Assembly (NCBI RefSeq): GCF_001194135.2
Contig: NC_068984.1
Coordinates: 26,457,241 to 26,521,240 of the forward strand
Direction: 5' to 3'
DNA length: 64,000 nucleotides
Origin: Octopus bimaculoides
Lineage: Eukaryota
Positions 41,601 through 55,170 of the stretch are shown here, in pieces; position 1 is the stretch's first letter; every line of letters begins with the position of its first letter. A program made the position numbers and the translations under genes. The notes below the pieces were generated by a model. It saw only the letters and a list, made by a program, of their open reading frames with translations. It was not told the DNA's origin and ran no database searches.

Positions 41601-42368
41601 TGTTTGGTTTCAAACTGGGTCAGGTTTACTCTTCTGTCTCACCCCTCGGTGTACAAGGCAACTAAATAAAATCACTTATGTCTACAATAAGCACCACAAT
41701 AAAATTGAGATCTGTATCTTATCAAGAGTATATATATAATGAAAACCTGTTTCTGGTGTCTTACGTGCAGGTGCACACAAACAATTCTGTAACAGAAAGT
41801 GAAAGGAGAGTGTTCTCGTCAACCTAAAGCTGAGTTAACTGAATATAACACAAAACGGAATACATTTAGCCTTGTCTTTTGATATTCGGCTGACATTGAC
41901 TTCACTTCTCAAGCCATTTGATAGCTGGTGCTAGTCATTGCTCCAGGTTGGTTACAATATATCTTTCGGGTGTTGTGCGTGATTTCAGAAAATTTGGTTG
42001 CTGATCAGCCGACTGCATACGGAGGTTAGACTCCAAGACTATGTAACTTCCCTTGCATAATTTAGCTACAAATTCGAATTACTAAAGAGAGCGCGAGAGA
42101 AATCTTACGTTAGTCTTTAATGACAAGGGATTCTGCTTTTAAAAACCAGGGTATTAGGGTATCACATGACATGTGAGTAAATAAAGATAAAAATAGATTC
42201 GGGCCACGTAACGTTGTTACAATCACGAAATGAAGAAAAAATCCTTTGAAGTTGATGTCGTGTTGTGATAAGGGAAGGAAAAAAACCGCAGAAATACATG
42301 CAGGGTTATATGTCTGTATATATATCCCATGCACATTTAGAAATAAGTATACATGTATGTGTGTGTGC

Positions 42369-42455
<87 letters not shown>

Positions 42456-45400
42456 GTGTGCATCTGCGTGTGCGTAAGTACAGAAGTACGCACTTGAATA
42501 AATGTAATTATGAGCAGTTAGAGCTACTTTGTTTCATTTAGGTAGATATTACGAAACTCTACTCAACTTAAAATTCCAAGGACTTTTCTTTTTTTAATAA
42601 TCCTGATTATGAAGAAATCTACTCACTGAAAGAAATACTCTATTTGAAACTACACGGTAACTAATAAAACCCATTGGGTAGCTATTTCTGACAAGTCGAG
42701 CGATCACTCTGTCGTTGTATCTGAATGGAAACATTTAAAACTTCTGTCACCAATCTCTCAAACCTATATTCAGGTAGTGAAACAGTTATAATATATCTGA
42801 GAGACAGTGTACATTTTTGTATCGATTAACAGAGAACCCAAATGACCTCAATCATACAGTAATGATAATTACACATTTCGTTATATTTTTTTTTAAATGA
42901 CTATATGGGATGGGATTAAATTTATTAAATCCAAAAATGAAGCAAAGGTACTCAGATATCTGGATGGTTGCACATTTACAGATTTTTATTAATATGTCAC
43001 ATGTTTTGTAAATATAAGCGCTTGTATCTATTCTTGTAGATTCTTCAGATATGATTTCACTTCAGAGGATTATTTTTTCTAATATATATATANNNNNNNN
43101 NNNNNNNNNNNNNNNNNNNNNNNNNNNNNNNNNNNNNNNNNNNNNNNNNNNNNNNNNNNNNNNNNNNNNNNNNNNNNNNNNNNNNTATATATTAAAAGAA
43201 AAAGTAAGAACAAATTAAATAATTTAATCCTTAAAATATATGGTATGGTCACTGATGGACATATTTTAAATATAGGTTTACTCGTCAAGGTATGAACTAA
43301 AGCTTCAAAGTAAAAAATATCAATTCGATGATTCAAGACAAGAATGTTAAAAATATCCTTTAATAAACATCAAGATATATAATTCACTGCAACTTCATAC
43401 CACCTCTTTCGATATGAACAGTTGCTTCATAGTGTCCATATGCCTGAGAGTTTAGTAAGATTCCATGAAGTTATACAGCTTTTCTTAAATATGCAGAAAC
43501 TGTACTAACGTTTTTACTATATGAAACAAGTCCCAAATTTTGTTGTAGGAGGCAACTAGTCAGATTTTGAGAAATGGAATCGATTTTTCTTCAAATGATT
43601 CATATATCCCGAGTTTTCATATTGCAACTTAGACTTATACGTTCCGTAAAGTATTGTAAATAATTAATTCAAATTGTACAGTCTAGCTAAAACTTAAAGA
43701 TTTCAGCAATAAATTTTGTCGTCTGTTTACTGTAATTTGAATAAAACATTATTTGAAACATAGTCATTCAATTCCTTCAAGTGAGTAAATCAAAAGGCAA
43801 GTTTCTCAAAGTTTAACAGATTGTAAATAATTTCCATCTGAAGCATTTTTCAAAATACATATGTTGCATGTACTTTTCTTAGCTTAAAGGACTATATGAC
43901 AAATGTAGCAATTAATCTTCTAATGGGTTGAGAGAGCTAAACATATAAAGGGGAAGGGGAACAAGCGTCCCTCATTTTGCAACAATGACCTTGAGAAATT
44001 TAAAATTTAACTCAAATTTTGAACTAATAGAAATACTACAGTAATCCCTGCTTATAGGTCCACAAACTATGAATAAGTGAAAGCGTTTGCAGAAATTTTG
44101 AAAAACGAAAAGTTCAGTCTTGGTTCTATAGTTTAATAAACACAGTTGATTTTGAGAAGAGTGTAAGTAATTAAAATATATTTGATTATTAAGATTAATA
44201 ATCAGTCGTTGCAAGTGCCTTATTTTCCGTTCCAAATTTGAAGACATTTGAAAAATCTACGTTGTTAATATCTTTTTGAAAGATAATTCAATCCACGATT
44301 TATAAATCCAAGAGATTGTATACTTTTTCGGCAGCTCCAAACAATTCTGCATCCGGCCCAGTCCTCACGATAAGCTGTTAATGTCTATCTACATTAGACT
44401 TTGTTTTCCGCAAAGATCTTGATTTTGTGTGTGTGTGTGTGTGTGTGAACGAGAGAGATAGGGAGAGAGAGTGTGAGAGAGAACACTTGTTTTCACACTA
44501 AGCCTTGTTTAAGTAAAAATGCTCAACGTTCAAAAGGGTTCGAATTCCCCACTCCACTTTTTTAGAGATGGGTGTAAACTGGCTAAAGGGATAAAAATAA
44601 AAATGAGTGAATGAACGGAATAAATCCGTGAACCTGAAGCACCTACTTCTGAAGACATTGCAGATAAATTACTTATCAGAATAATCTAGTGGTCTTATCT
44701 CGACATTTCGACATTCTGTAGCCATTTCAATAAGTGGATAACATTATGGCTCGTTGGTTTAAGGCATTTATTACAAGTAGCAAGATTGGAAGTAAGAAAA
44801 TTGGATGGTTAATTTAGTTGACAAGTCACAGAAAGTCGTCAAGTACTACTTAGATCAGGCGAGCAGAAACGGGATTTGCTCTTCAAGTTCTAAACCTATA
44901 GATGTGGTGTTAATTATTGAAATTTACATACAGTCTTATCACATTATTTTAAATCGAATTTTCCTTATAATGAATGCGTTCGATAATTTCTTTCTATTAC
45001 TAATTTTAGAATAATTATCAGGATATATGCACATATGTGTTTATTCTTGTTTTATATTCCTCATACAGTTTCAATTTATGTATACAAATTCTCATATACA
45101 AAATCTAAACAAAGAGAGAGGTGGAGAGACAGACAGAGAAAAATCTTCGATTATTTGAATGTTTTTGTTTAATACTGGTCAGCTCCGAACGAACAAACAC
45201 ATAATTCCAGGCATTCTAGCAATGACCATTTCGTATTTTAGAGATAACTAGAACTACATTATCAAGGTATTATTTCTCTTTCCTTTTGACAATAGGAAGT
45301 GACTTTTGGGGGAATTCTCCTGAAGCGTTTAAAAAAATGTTTCTTTAACGATACTAACAAACCTCTTAAACTTCCATTCTAATAATAGGTGATACTTTAA

Positions 45401-45654
45401 ATTAAATTAAGAGCCTGCTTAAAATATGCTGTTTATGAGCAAGCCTCAGTCAATTGGAACTAATGAAATGAAAATGAAAATTAGCTCAAGCGTGGGGAAA
45501 AAAAATCTATATTTATAAAAGCGTTTATATATATATATATATNNNNNNNNNNNNNNNNNNNNNNNNNNNNNNNNNNNNNNNNNNNNNNNNNNNNNNNNNN
45601 NNNNNNNNNNNNNNNNNNNNNNNNNNNNNNNNNNNNNNNNNNNNNNTATATATA

Positions 45655-45833
45655 TCCTTTTGTTTCAGTCATTTGACTGCGGCCATACTGGAGGACTGCC
45701 TTTAGTCGAGCAAATCGACTCCAGGACTTATTCTTTGTAAGCCTAGTACTTATTTTATCGGTTGCTTTTGTCGAACCGCTAAGTCACGGTGACGTAAACA
45801 CAGCAGCATCGGTTGTCAAGCGATGTTGGGGGA

Positions 45834-45868
<35 letters not shown>

Positions 45869-45975
45869 TTATATATTACAACAAGCTTCTTTCAGTTTAC
45901 CAAATCCACTCACAAGGCTTTGGTCGACCCGAGGCTATAGCAGAAGACACTTGTCGAAGGTGCCACGCAGTGGGA
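45655..45975 (-). mobile_element. tRNA-derived SINE (same family as 51400)
   Basis: Reverse complement of the 51400 SINE body and tail (TTTCAGTCATTTGACTGCGGCCA...GTGCCACGCAGTGGGAC). Confidence 0.8.
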
Positions 45976-46190
45976 CAAACAAAACACTATATGTACCACT
46001 TTGAAGACTATGGGATCAGCAGAACCATAGATATTATGAATTGAACAAATAAATATTCACTCCATCATGAATAAATAAGTAGATAAAATAGATAGATAAA
46101 AAAAAATCGACTGATAAAAAAACGTAATTAGGTAAGGAATGATTGGATATAGGAATGTATGGTGACAGATGTTACTGCTTTACATAACTT

Positions 46191-46550
46191 GGACCTTTGT
46201 GATTTGACGGGTAACATTTTTTTATGTAGTGTTTTGGTACCGAAACACTTTCAAACTTCGTATACTTGTATATTTTGTGGTATAGAACAGATAATAAATT
46301 TTGTATTCGAAGTTATTTCACGTTAAAAATTGTCTTATTTCGATAATTTCAACTAATCACTGACGTCTATTCAGTTGAAAACAGTAAGTGCTGTAACGGT
46401 GTATATAGTATTAATCCCCGTTAGTTCTGACATTTCCGATTAACTAGACTGTTCGTAAACAAAGGGGGAAAAGCCATCAAAATAGGGTTAGGGTTCGGGT
46501 TTTAGAGTTAGGGTTAGGGTTGGGGTTAGGGTTAGGGTTAGGGTTAGCGT
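46191..46550 (+). mobile_element. Left arm of a GG-terminated MITE (same backbone as 37315 and 52739) running into a TTAGGG array and an N gap
   Basis: Shares TTTTGGTACCGAAA.ACTTTCAAACTTCGTATAC...TTGTCTTATTTCGATAATTTCAAC.AATCACTGAC with 52739. Confidence 0.7.
46483..46548 (+). repeat. Interstitial telomere-like (TTAGGG)n, degenerate
   Basis: TAGGGTTAGGGTTCGGGTTTTAGAGTTAGGGTTAGGGTTGGGGTTAGGGTTAGGGTTAGGGTTAG read directly. Confidence 0.9.
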
Positions 46551-48136
46551 NNNNNNNNNNNNNNNNNNNNNNNNNNNNNNNNNNNNNNNNNNNNNNNNNN
46601 NNNNNNNNNNNNNNNNNNNNNNNNNNNNNNNNNNNNNNNNNNNNNNNNNNNNNNNNNNNNNNNNNNNNNNNNNNNNNNNNNNNNNNNNNNNNNNNNNNNN
46701 NNNNNNNNNNNNNNNNNNNNNNNNNNNNNNNNNNNNNNNNNNNNNNNNNNNNNNNNNNNNNNNNNNNNNNNNNNNNNNNNNNNNNNNNNNNNNNNNNNNN
46801 NNNNNNNNNNNNNNNNNNNNNNNNNNNNNNNNNNNNNNNNNNNNNNNNNNNNNNNNNNNNNNNNNNNNNNNNNNNNNNNNNNNNNNNNNNNNNNNNNNNN
46901 NNNNNNNNNNNNNNNNNNNNNNNNNNNNNNNNNNNNNNNNNNNNNNNNNNNNNNNNNNNNNNNNNNNNNNNNNNNNNNNNNNNNNNNNNNNNNNNNNNNN
47001 NNNNNNNNNNNNNNNNNNNNNNNNNNNNNNNNNNNNNNNNNNNNNNNNNNNNNNNNNNNNNNNNNNNNNNNNNNNNNNNNNNNNNNNNNNNNNNNNNNNN
47101 NNNAAAAGAAGTGTAACAGTAGTCGTGCAACGGGGGTGGGGAACGAGAACAACACAAATTTTTCAGCAGGAGAATGTAGGTAGCGAAAATAAAACAGCAC
47201 ATCCTAACAGGGCTCTTTTTTTCTTGTTTATTTGCTTCTCAAACAGTTTGCTAATTTCGGCAAAGTCCTGAGGTCGAGTTGCTCGACTAAAGGCGGTGCT
47301 CCAGCATGGCCGCAGTCAAAATGACTGAAACAAGTAAAAGAGTAAAAGAGTAAAGTAAATAATTTAGTAAATCTTCCCAAAGTGTAAATATCCTTATTAA
47401 TTTCTTTACAATTGCATCCTGATTGATTAAAAACAAACAAAAAAAAAATTAAAAAAGGAAAAAACGCACGGTATGTGTTAATTGAATTTTTGTTTCAACC
47501 TGAAATTGAAACCCGCTCGGAAACATATGGCTTTGTGTCAGGTATAGATTTGGACATCTGTAGTAGAAAATTGTTACGATCAGTAAAACTGCAAAGCGTA
47601 TGATTACATACAAACACAATAATACTAATCTTTTCTACTGCAGGCACAAGGCCTGAAATTTGGAGTCGATCACATTGACTCCAGTGTTTCAGTGGTACTT
47701 AATTTATTGTCTCCAAAAGGATAAAAGGCAAAGTGATCTTCTGTGGAATTTGAACTTAGAACGTAAAGACAGACGAAAAGCCGCTAAGCATTTTACCCGG
47801 TGTGCTAACGATTCTGTCAGCTCACCGCCTTAATAACAATAATAATAATGGGTGGGGGCTTGTTGATTACATCGACCCCAGTGTTTCACTGGTACTTAAT
47901 TTTATCAACTCCGAATGGATGAAAAGCAAAGTCAACCTCGGCAGAATTTGAACCCAGAATGTAGCGACGGTTGAAATACCGCTCAGCATTTCGTCCGGCG
48001 TGCTAACGATCCTATCAGCTCGCCGCCTTTTTAATAACTCTATATATATATATATATAAACTGCCTGCTGACTCTCCACTAACCATTGTCCATAAGCACC
48101 CACTAACTATTCCTGCTACTAATTCCTTCCACTACG

Positions 48137-48197
<61 letters not shown>

Positions 48198-48261
48198 TAC
48201 ATACGCACACACACGTTCTGTTATCACACACACACTCGCAGACTCTCGCGCACGCACAGAT

Positions 48262-48505
48262 ATTCACCTCCCTTTTTCACTCTCCTGTCTTAGAAAGAAC
48301 TTTTCCCCCACCGGTCCTTTCACAATGTAACCTCGTGGGCATCGGTGCCATTTTCCTCTTCCTCCGTTTTTCCATTCTCCGAACTTTCTGTCTTTGCGAC
48401 GAAGGGCTCCGCCCGAATTGTCATACTCTCTCTCCTTCCTTTCCCGAGCGTCCAATAACACTATCCGTATCACGTCCTCACTTTGTTGTTTTTTTGTTAT
48501 TGTCT
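48262..48505 (+). mobile_element. ~245-bp dispersed repeat (copy 1) with hammerhead-like motif; probable Penelope terminal repeat
   Basis: Reverse-complement homolog of 63092-63338. Contains GCGACGAAGGGCTCCGCCCGAATTGTC at ~48396-48422. Confidence 0.6.
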
Positions 48506-48527
48506 TTTGTGTTTTTTTTAACTATAT

Positions 48528-48575
<48 letters not shown>

Positions 48576-51399
48576 GTACACACACATGCGTGCGTGCGTA
48601 TGAGTGGCCAGTCATTGTGACATTATTGATAGCGTAACGCAATATCTCCCAGTAGTCGTGAACTTAAGGCATCTTGTTTGCTTTAATAGTCTTACTTTTA
48701 AACAATACATTCAGTAATGGAAATGGGGTGAGTGTTCTATACTTTAGCTCATGTGGGTGTGGGGAGAAATTAATAGCGTCCAGACAACCCCTCCTTCGTA
48801 ACCTTGGTTTCACTTTAGCATCCTAAATTCTATTCCCATCAGCGTATATACTCTTTAAACCTTACAAAGTTTGTCTATAATTTTTCCTGGGTCTTTTTGT
48901 CGTGTCGTGTTTAGTGCGGCATTTGAATTTGGCATTTAACCAAATCACTGAATATCACCAACGTACATATACATCTAGCTACTGAAGCTAGAGACAATGG
49001 GCTCTATCAATAAAATCTGACAGCTTATGTAAGGGACACAACTCTTAAATATTTGAAAACTAGGCAAGGAAAGGGGAGAACTAGAATGAAAGCAATATTA
49101 TTGAATGAATGTGTGCATGTGTTTTCATTAAAAGGACTAATTCCAGTTTAGCAGCAGTTGTGAGTAGTTTGTTTTACAAGTGCATGGAAGAGATGTATTT
49201 AAATTTACGTCAACGACTGCCATTTCTTAAATTTAACAGATGTTGTTTAGTCCTGTTTGATACTTGTTCTATCGTTTCTTACGCTGAACCGCTACGTTAC
49301 AGTTCCTAAACGTATCTCAACCAAGATCTAGTCAAGAAACACAACGTTAACCAAGAATGTTATGCATCGTTTATGTCCATATCTGTAGAAGACAGAACAC
49401 ACGATCAGCATCTTCATCAAAATGACATTGACCTACTACCTTCCAATGGGCTACGGCAATATACAATACCACTATATATAATACCACTGATGGGATATTT
49501 CCATCATAACTTCAATCAAATGCAAACGAAACAGGCCTCAGGTAGTTGTAAAAAAGGTTATATATTACATAAACGGTTAATTAAAAATTAACGAAAAGGT
49601 AAAAATCTCGAGCAGCTGAGTTTTTAGGGCAAGTGACTCTCTTTTATGAGTTCTGAAAGCAAAGTAATGAAAATATGCAAGACTTTATAAAACAGTCTGT
49701 AAATATTCAGCATTGGTGCCGAGTTCCAATGATAGAGGTTGTTTCTTAGAAATTACAAATACGTACTCTTCCTTCCATGTAAATATATACACATACAAGG
49801 TGTACACATGTATCAAACAGGTAGTTCTATTCACACACATGTGGGAGGGAGAGAGAGTGAGAAAATGGACGGTGAAGTCAGAGAAAATTCAGAGAACTCG
49901 AAAGCAAGATAGAGACAATGAAAGCACGCGAGAGAGTGAAAGTGAAAGAGAGGAGAGAGTTAAAGAGAGAAGGGAAAAGTAAGTGACACAAAGTGTGAGT
50001 AAAAGAAAGTGTTGTGAAAGAGAAAGTAAACGAACTAGTAAATGTGTGTGTGTGTGGGTAGTGTCGATTTGCTTTTCATCCTTTCGGGATTGTCTAATTA
50101 AATACCAGTTGAATACGGGGATCGATATAACTGAATGCACCCTTTTCCCAAATGCGAGAAAGAGTTGGCAAAGTCGGTAGCGAGCAGGACCAAATACTCG
50201 GTACTGAGCAGTTACATGTCTTTCTTTATATGAGTTCAGATCCTGCCGAAGTCGATTTTACCTTTATACTTTCAAAGAGCCGATACAATTAGTACCGGTC
50301 AAATACGGAGACATAAGTAATTAACATTCTATACCGTCTTTCATATCAATAGATTACGCTGTTAGCAACATTATCTAGGGAACGAAATCGGAGACATAAT
50401 CGAGATGTTTAACATAATGAAACAATATTAAGATCTTAACATTTATAATATTATAGTAGAAATGAAAGCATTTATAAAACTTGGAATTTCCACGAGTCCA
50501 GCGAGTCATGTAGTGTATAGTGGTAGAGGAGGGCAGTCTTTGATTGTAACGCACCAGTTTCATTTTTTCACACTTCAGCTGTTATCAGTTTATTCCTCGA
50601 GTCGTGAGATAGTTTATTGATGTTGTGCTGAAGACATATCATATGGGATATTTTAAGGTTTTATTGCTGTTGTTATTCAAGCCAGGAGGTTGTGACTACA
50701 TGAGATTGTTTTAGTATAACAAAATAACCATATTGTTGTTTAGTTATTAAGATAGAATACATATCTGGGAGATATTGCTGTATATAGTAGCATACAAAAA
50801 GTCGTTTACATCTGACCTAGAAACTTTCCAGTTTCGCTTTCATTTTAACTAAGACAACTGTTTCTCAGTACCTTTCATGACTGGAATTTATCATTATTGC
50901 ATCTGTTTCTTATAAGTATCAAATCTATTGAGTTGATATACATATTGAATAGTGAAGCATTAGCCTACAGTATAGTTTGTGGAAGAGATCCTCGATATTT
51001 CGCACACACAGATGAAGTTTATGGGGAAAGGGTTGTTAAAAAATGAAATATCTTACAAATACGTCAACGTGGTTTCAAATTGAATCTCGTTGGCAATGCC
51101 AAAGCTGTTTAAGCGTTTTCTTTCCCTTTTTTAAAGTTGCTTACAATTATAGAGGTTTTTGCTTGATGTGACTTTATTTTAGGATTTCTGATGCTAATTT
51201 TGTGGAAACTGTTTAAAAAATACAGATGTGATAAAACTAAACCAGTTGCAGATTTGTATCTGCTAATCAGAGCTGTGTGTTCTTATTGAATTTAGTGTAA
51301 TTGAGGTACAGGTGAGCATCTTTTGTTGGAAATGGACGAACCGAAGTATTTCCAAAGAAAGTATACAAGAGGCTATGGACAAAGGATATTGAGTATTTG

Positions 51400-51781
51400 G
51401 ACAGGAGTGGCTGTGTGGTAAGTAGCTTGCTTACCAACCACATGGTTCCGGGTTCAGTCCCACTGCGTGGCACCTTGGGCAAGTGTCTTCTACTATAGCC
51501 TCGGGCCGACCAAAGCCTTGTGAGTGGATTTGGTAGACGGAAACTGAAAGAAGCCCGTCGTATATATGTGTGTGTTTGTGTGTCTGTGTTTGTTCCCCTA
51601 GCATTGCTTGACAACCGATGCTGGTGTGTTTATGTCCCCGTCACTTAGCGGTTCGGCAAAAAGAGACCGATAGAATAAGTACTAGGCTTACAAAGAATAA
51701 GTCCCGGGGTCGATTTGCTCGACTAAAAGGCGGTGCTCCAGCATGGCCGCAGTCAAATGACTGAAACAAGTAAAAGAGTAA
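51400..51781 (+). mobile_element. tRNA-derived SINE, full length
   Basis: GGAGTGGCTGTGTGGTAAGTAGCTTGC...GGGTTCAGTCCCACTGCGTGGCACCTTGGGCAAGTGTCTT...GCATGGCCGCAGTCAAATGACTGAAACAAGTAAAAGAGTA. Confidence 0.85.
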
Positions 51782-52738
51782 ANNNNNNNNNNGTAAGTAG
51801 CTTGCTTACCAACCACATGGTTCCGGGTTCAGTCCCACTGCGTGGCACCTTGGGCAAGTGTCTTCTACTATAGCCTCGGGCCGACCAAAGCCTTGTGAGT
51901 GGATTTGGTAGACGGAAACTGAAAGAAGCCCGTCGTATATATGTGTGTGTTTGTGTGTCTGTGTTTGTTCCCCTAGCATTGCTTGACAACCGATGCTGGT
52001 GTGTTTATGTCCCCGTCACTTAGCGGTTCGGCAAAAAGAGACCGATAGAATAAGTACTAGGCTTACAAAGAATAAGTCCCGGGGTCGATTTGCTCGACTA
52101 AAAGGCGGTGCTCCAGCATGGCCGCAGTCAAATGACTGAAACAAGTAAAAGAGTAAAAGAGTAAAAGAGTATATGCAGAGAAAAAGTGTTTCCGAAACTT
52201 TAAAGAAAGCTCTTGTGCGAATTGTCTAAACGGTAAATTATTTTCGTTATTCTCGTATCTTAACTCAAATATTTTTTATCATTTTACATTCTAGTGGTGC
52301 CTCGGACTAACTAAAAAACGAAGACAAATATCCCTGAAACTATACCCTCCCATCTTAATAATACAAATGTGATTAATGAGACCATCAATCAAAACATCGC
52401 AAACAATCTGATCTTAGTCGCTAATCTCAAACCACAGCAGCAACGTAGAAGAGGGCAGTTTGCAAACAATTTATGATACAGCCTCACAAATAGAATTTTA
52501 AAATGTCTTCCATGGCCACCAAATAAACTGATATCAGTTGAAAGTGACACATTATAAACAAAAATCTCTACATGTAATTGTTATTATTAATAACATTGAC
52601 AAACATTTCATGGATTTGCTGACCCTCATGACATAGCTTTAATTTACTGTAAATGACGGTGGTTGAGAATTAGTTAAAAATTCCCTTCATTTGTTTAAGC
52701 ATCGAAATGTCGGGATTGATCTCTTTTTTATATACAAG

Positions 52739-53512
52739 GGATCTATTTTAAAACGGGGGCCACAGTTTTCATTAATGTTTTACGTATTGTTTTTGGTACC
52801 GAAAGACTTTCAAACTTCGTATACTTATCTATTTTGTGTTATAGAACAGAAAAATATTTTTGTATTCGAATTTATTTCATGTAAAAAATTGTCTTATTTC
52901 GATAATTTCAACCAATCACTGACAAGTATTCAGTTGTTTACATTTACTCCTTTGGCTGATTAAGCGGTGTAAAGCGTATTTAATCTCCATAGCTTCGTTT
53001 TATTTGCTTTTTTCATTTTCTTTTTTTTTCTTCGTTTTATTTGCTTTTTTTCTTTTTAAATTTGCTGTTTTACCCTAACCCTAACCCTAAGGTTAGGGTT
53101 AGCCTATAATNNNNNNNNNNNNNNNNNNNNNNNNNNNNNNNNNNNNNNNNNNNNNNNNNNNNNNNNNNNNNNNNNNNNNNNNNNNNNNNNNNNNNNNNNN
53201 NNNNNNNNNNNNNNNNNNNNNNNNNNNNNNNNNNNNNNNNNNNNNNNNNNNNNNNNNNNNNNNNNNNNNNNNNNNNNNNNNNNNNNNNNNNNNNNNNNNN
53301 NNNNNNNNNNNNNNNNNNNNNNNNNNNNNNNNNNNNNNNNNNNNNNNNNNNNNNNNNNNNNNCTTCGTTTTATTTGCTTTTTTCATTTTCTTTTTTTTTT
53401 TTTAAAGAAGTCTAAGAGAAAAAGATGTTTTATATGACACATTCTACCAGTGTTCCAAGTTTCAAAGTGTTTCGTTAAGAAAATACTGTGGCCCCCGTTT
53501 TAAAATAGATCC
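52739..53512. mobile_element. GG-terminated MITE with perfect 28-bp TIRs, 8-bp TSD TATACAAG, internal telomeric repeats (Merlin-like)
   Basis: TIR GGATCTATTTTAAAACGGGGGCCACAGT at 52739-52766 and its exact reverse complement at 53485-53512. TATACAAG at 52731-52738 and 53513-53520. Confidence 0.92.
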
Positions 53513-54465
53513 TATACAAGAAAATATTCTTACTTTGTACGAATTTTAAGGCACTGTGCAAACAATTCGATTGTCAACTGCGCAAGAAGCATTACCATAA
53601 ACAAAAAAAAATTTACGAATTTTCTGGGGTGTACGCATGCATGCACACGTGTGTATGTGTACACCCAGCAGAAAATTCATAAAAAAAAGATTCAACACAC
53701 GTGTGCGTGTTGACGAATTTCTACAAGAGTTATAAGAATAACTCCCCTCTCGCGTTATTTTCACAAATATAATTTGTTTGCGGTGAACATGAAATGAATG
53801 TAATTGTACACAATGAGATGTTGAGAGAAAGAGAGGGGAAGGGAGAGGAGAAGTAGAGACAGACAGGCAGTAAGGCGGGCGGGCGGGCAGGCATAGAAAG
53901 ATACAGAGATACATCGCTATTTGTAATATAACCAGATAATTGTTTATAGCTGACTCTTCAACAAAATAATTTAGAATTAACGTCACGTGCTGACATACAA
54001 TCTTATCCATCCACTACTCGCACACATTTCACAAATGGGAGATCTTAGCGTTAGCGTAAGAAGTAAATGATACAGTTACATAGTAAGGGAATTATTGGGG
54101 TTCATGTGCGTGTGTATATTATGTACACGCGCGCGCACGTGTATGTATCGCAATTGTTTAACTATAGCGTCGTTAACTACATGTTTCCAGCGAACCAATA
54201 ACTGGTTCACTGGTATTTCTGATAGTGAAAGTGACGAGGGATCTCTGTGTAATTCAATGCAGAACATATATAGCAAACTTTTTTCAAAGAGAAAGAATTT
54301 TTGTCTTCCTTCCGGGTTTTCTCGAAGTTCACGTGCACACGCACACGCGCACGCACACACCATTAAATGGAATTTAAAACAAAAATATATTTGTTAAACC
54401 AGATCCCAAAATGATGAGGGTAATTTTTAAAAAGTTTTCTAATTAGCTACAGGTAAATCGGTCGA

Positions 54466-54594
<129 letters not shown>

Positions 54595-55170
54595 ACATGC
54601 TGAAACACACATTTATATCTATCTATCTATCTATCTTCACACGCGTCAAATGTTTGATGATATATTTGTACATAAATATTCTCAAGTAAATTGTTTATGA
54701 AAGTATAGGTTGTTGAACAGAAATAGAAAGTTTGAACGTGTGTGTGTGTGTTTTAAGAGTGCTAATGTTTGCTCTGAAATATCTCGTCTCCTTTACTAGC
54801 GAATGGTCTCGGCATGACAGTGCTGGCTCCTCATTACATTAAGATTATAGCCGCGTTTGGCAGAATCATCAACTTGCTTCGGTGGTAGAGGGAACAGCAC
54901 AGAAATTTTAACTAAAATTATTTATGAATTGGGTAGTCGACTGGGTATGACGTTGGTTAAAAACTCACGATATGTTACAGTTCTATTTGTTCTTTTCAAC
55001 TAATTACTTTCATATGAAATGACTTGAGCGATAGATTGATTTTTATATGAGTAACCTCTGATCGGTGTGATAACTTGTGGAAAATACAAGGATAAGTATT
55101 TCCCCTTTGGTCTTCTATTACTTGCAACCTTGTCTCCAGAACAGAGTATTTGAACTATCTCTGTCCCACA

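Noticed and set aside
43972-44247. 91-aa minus ORF MSSNLERKIRHLQ...
   Set aside because: No recognisable domain or splice context; AT-rich codons consistent with chance.
46483-46548. True telomere or chromosome end
   Set aside because: Short, degenerate, internal and embedded in a MITE backbone.
46477-47202. Long ORFs spanning 46.5-47.2 kb (and 53099-53386, 62210-63413)
   Set aside because: They are made of N gaps and simple repeats (NPNPNP from TAACCC, IYIY from TA).
51793-52170. Tandem second copy of the 51400 SINE
   Set aside because: It appears identical to the first copy and is separated by a 10-N gap; most likely an assembly overlap artefact.
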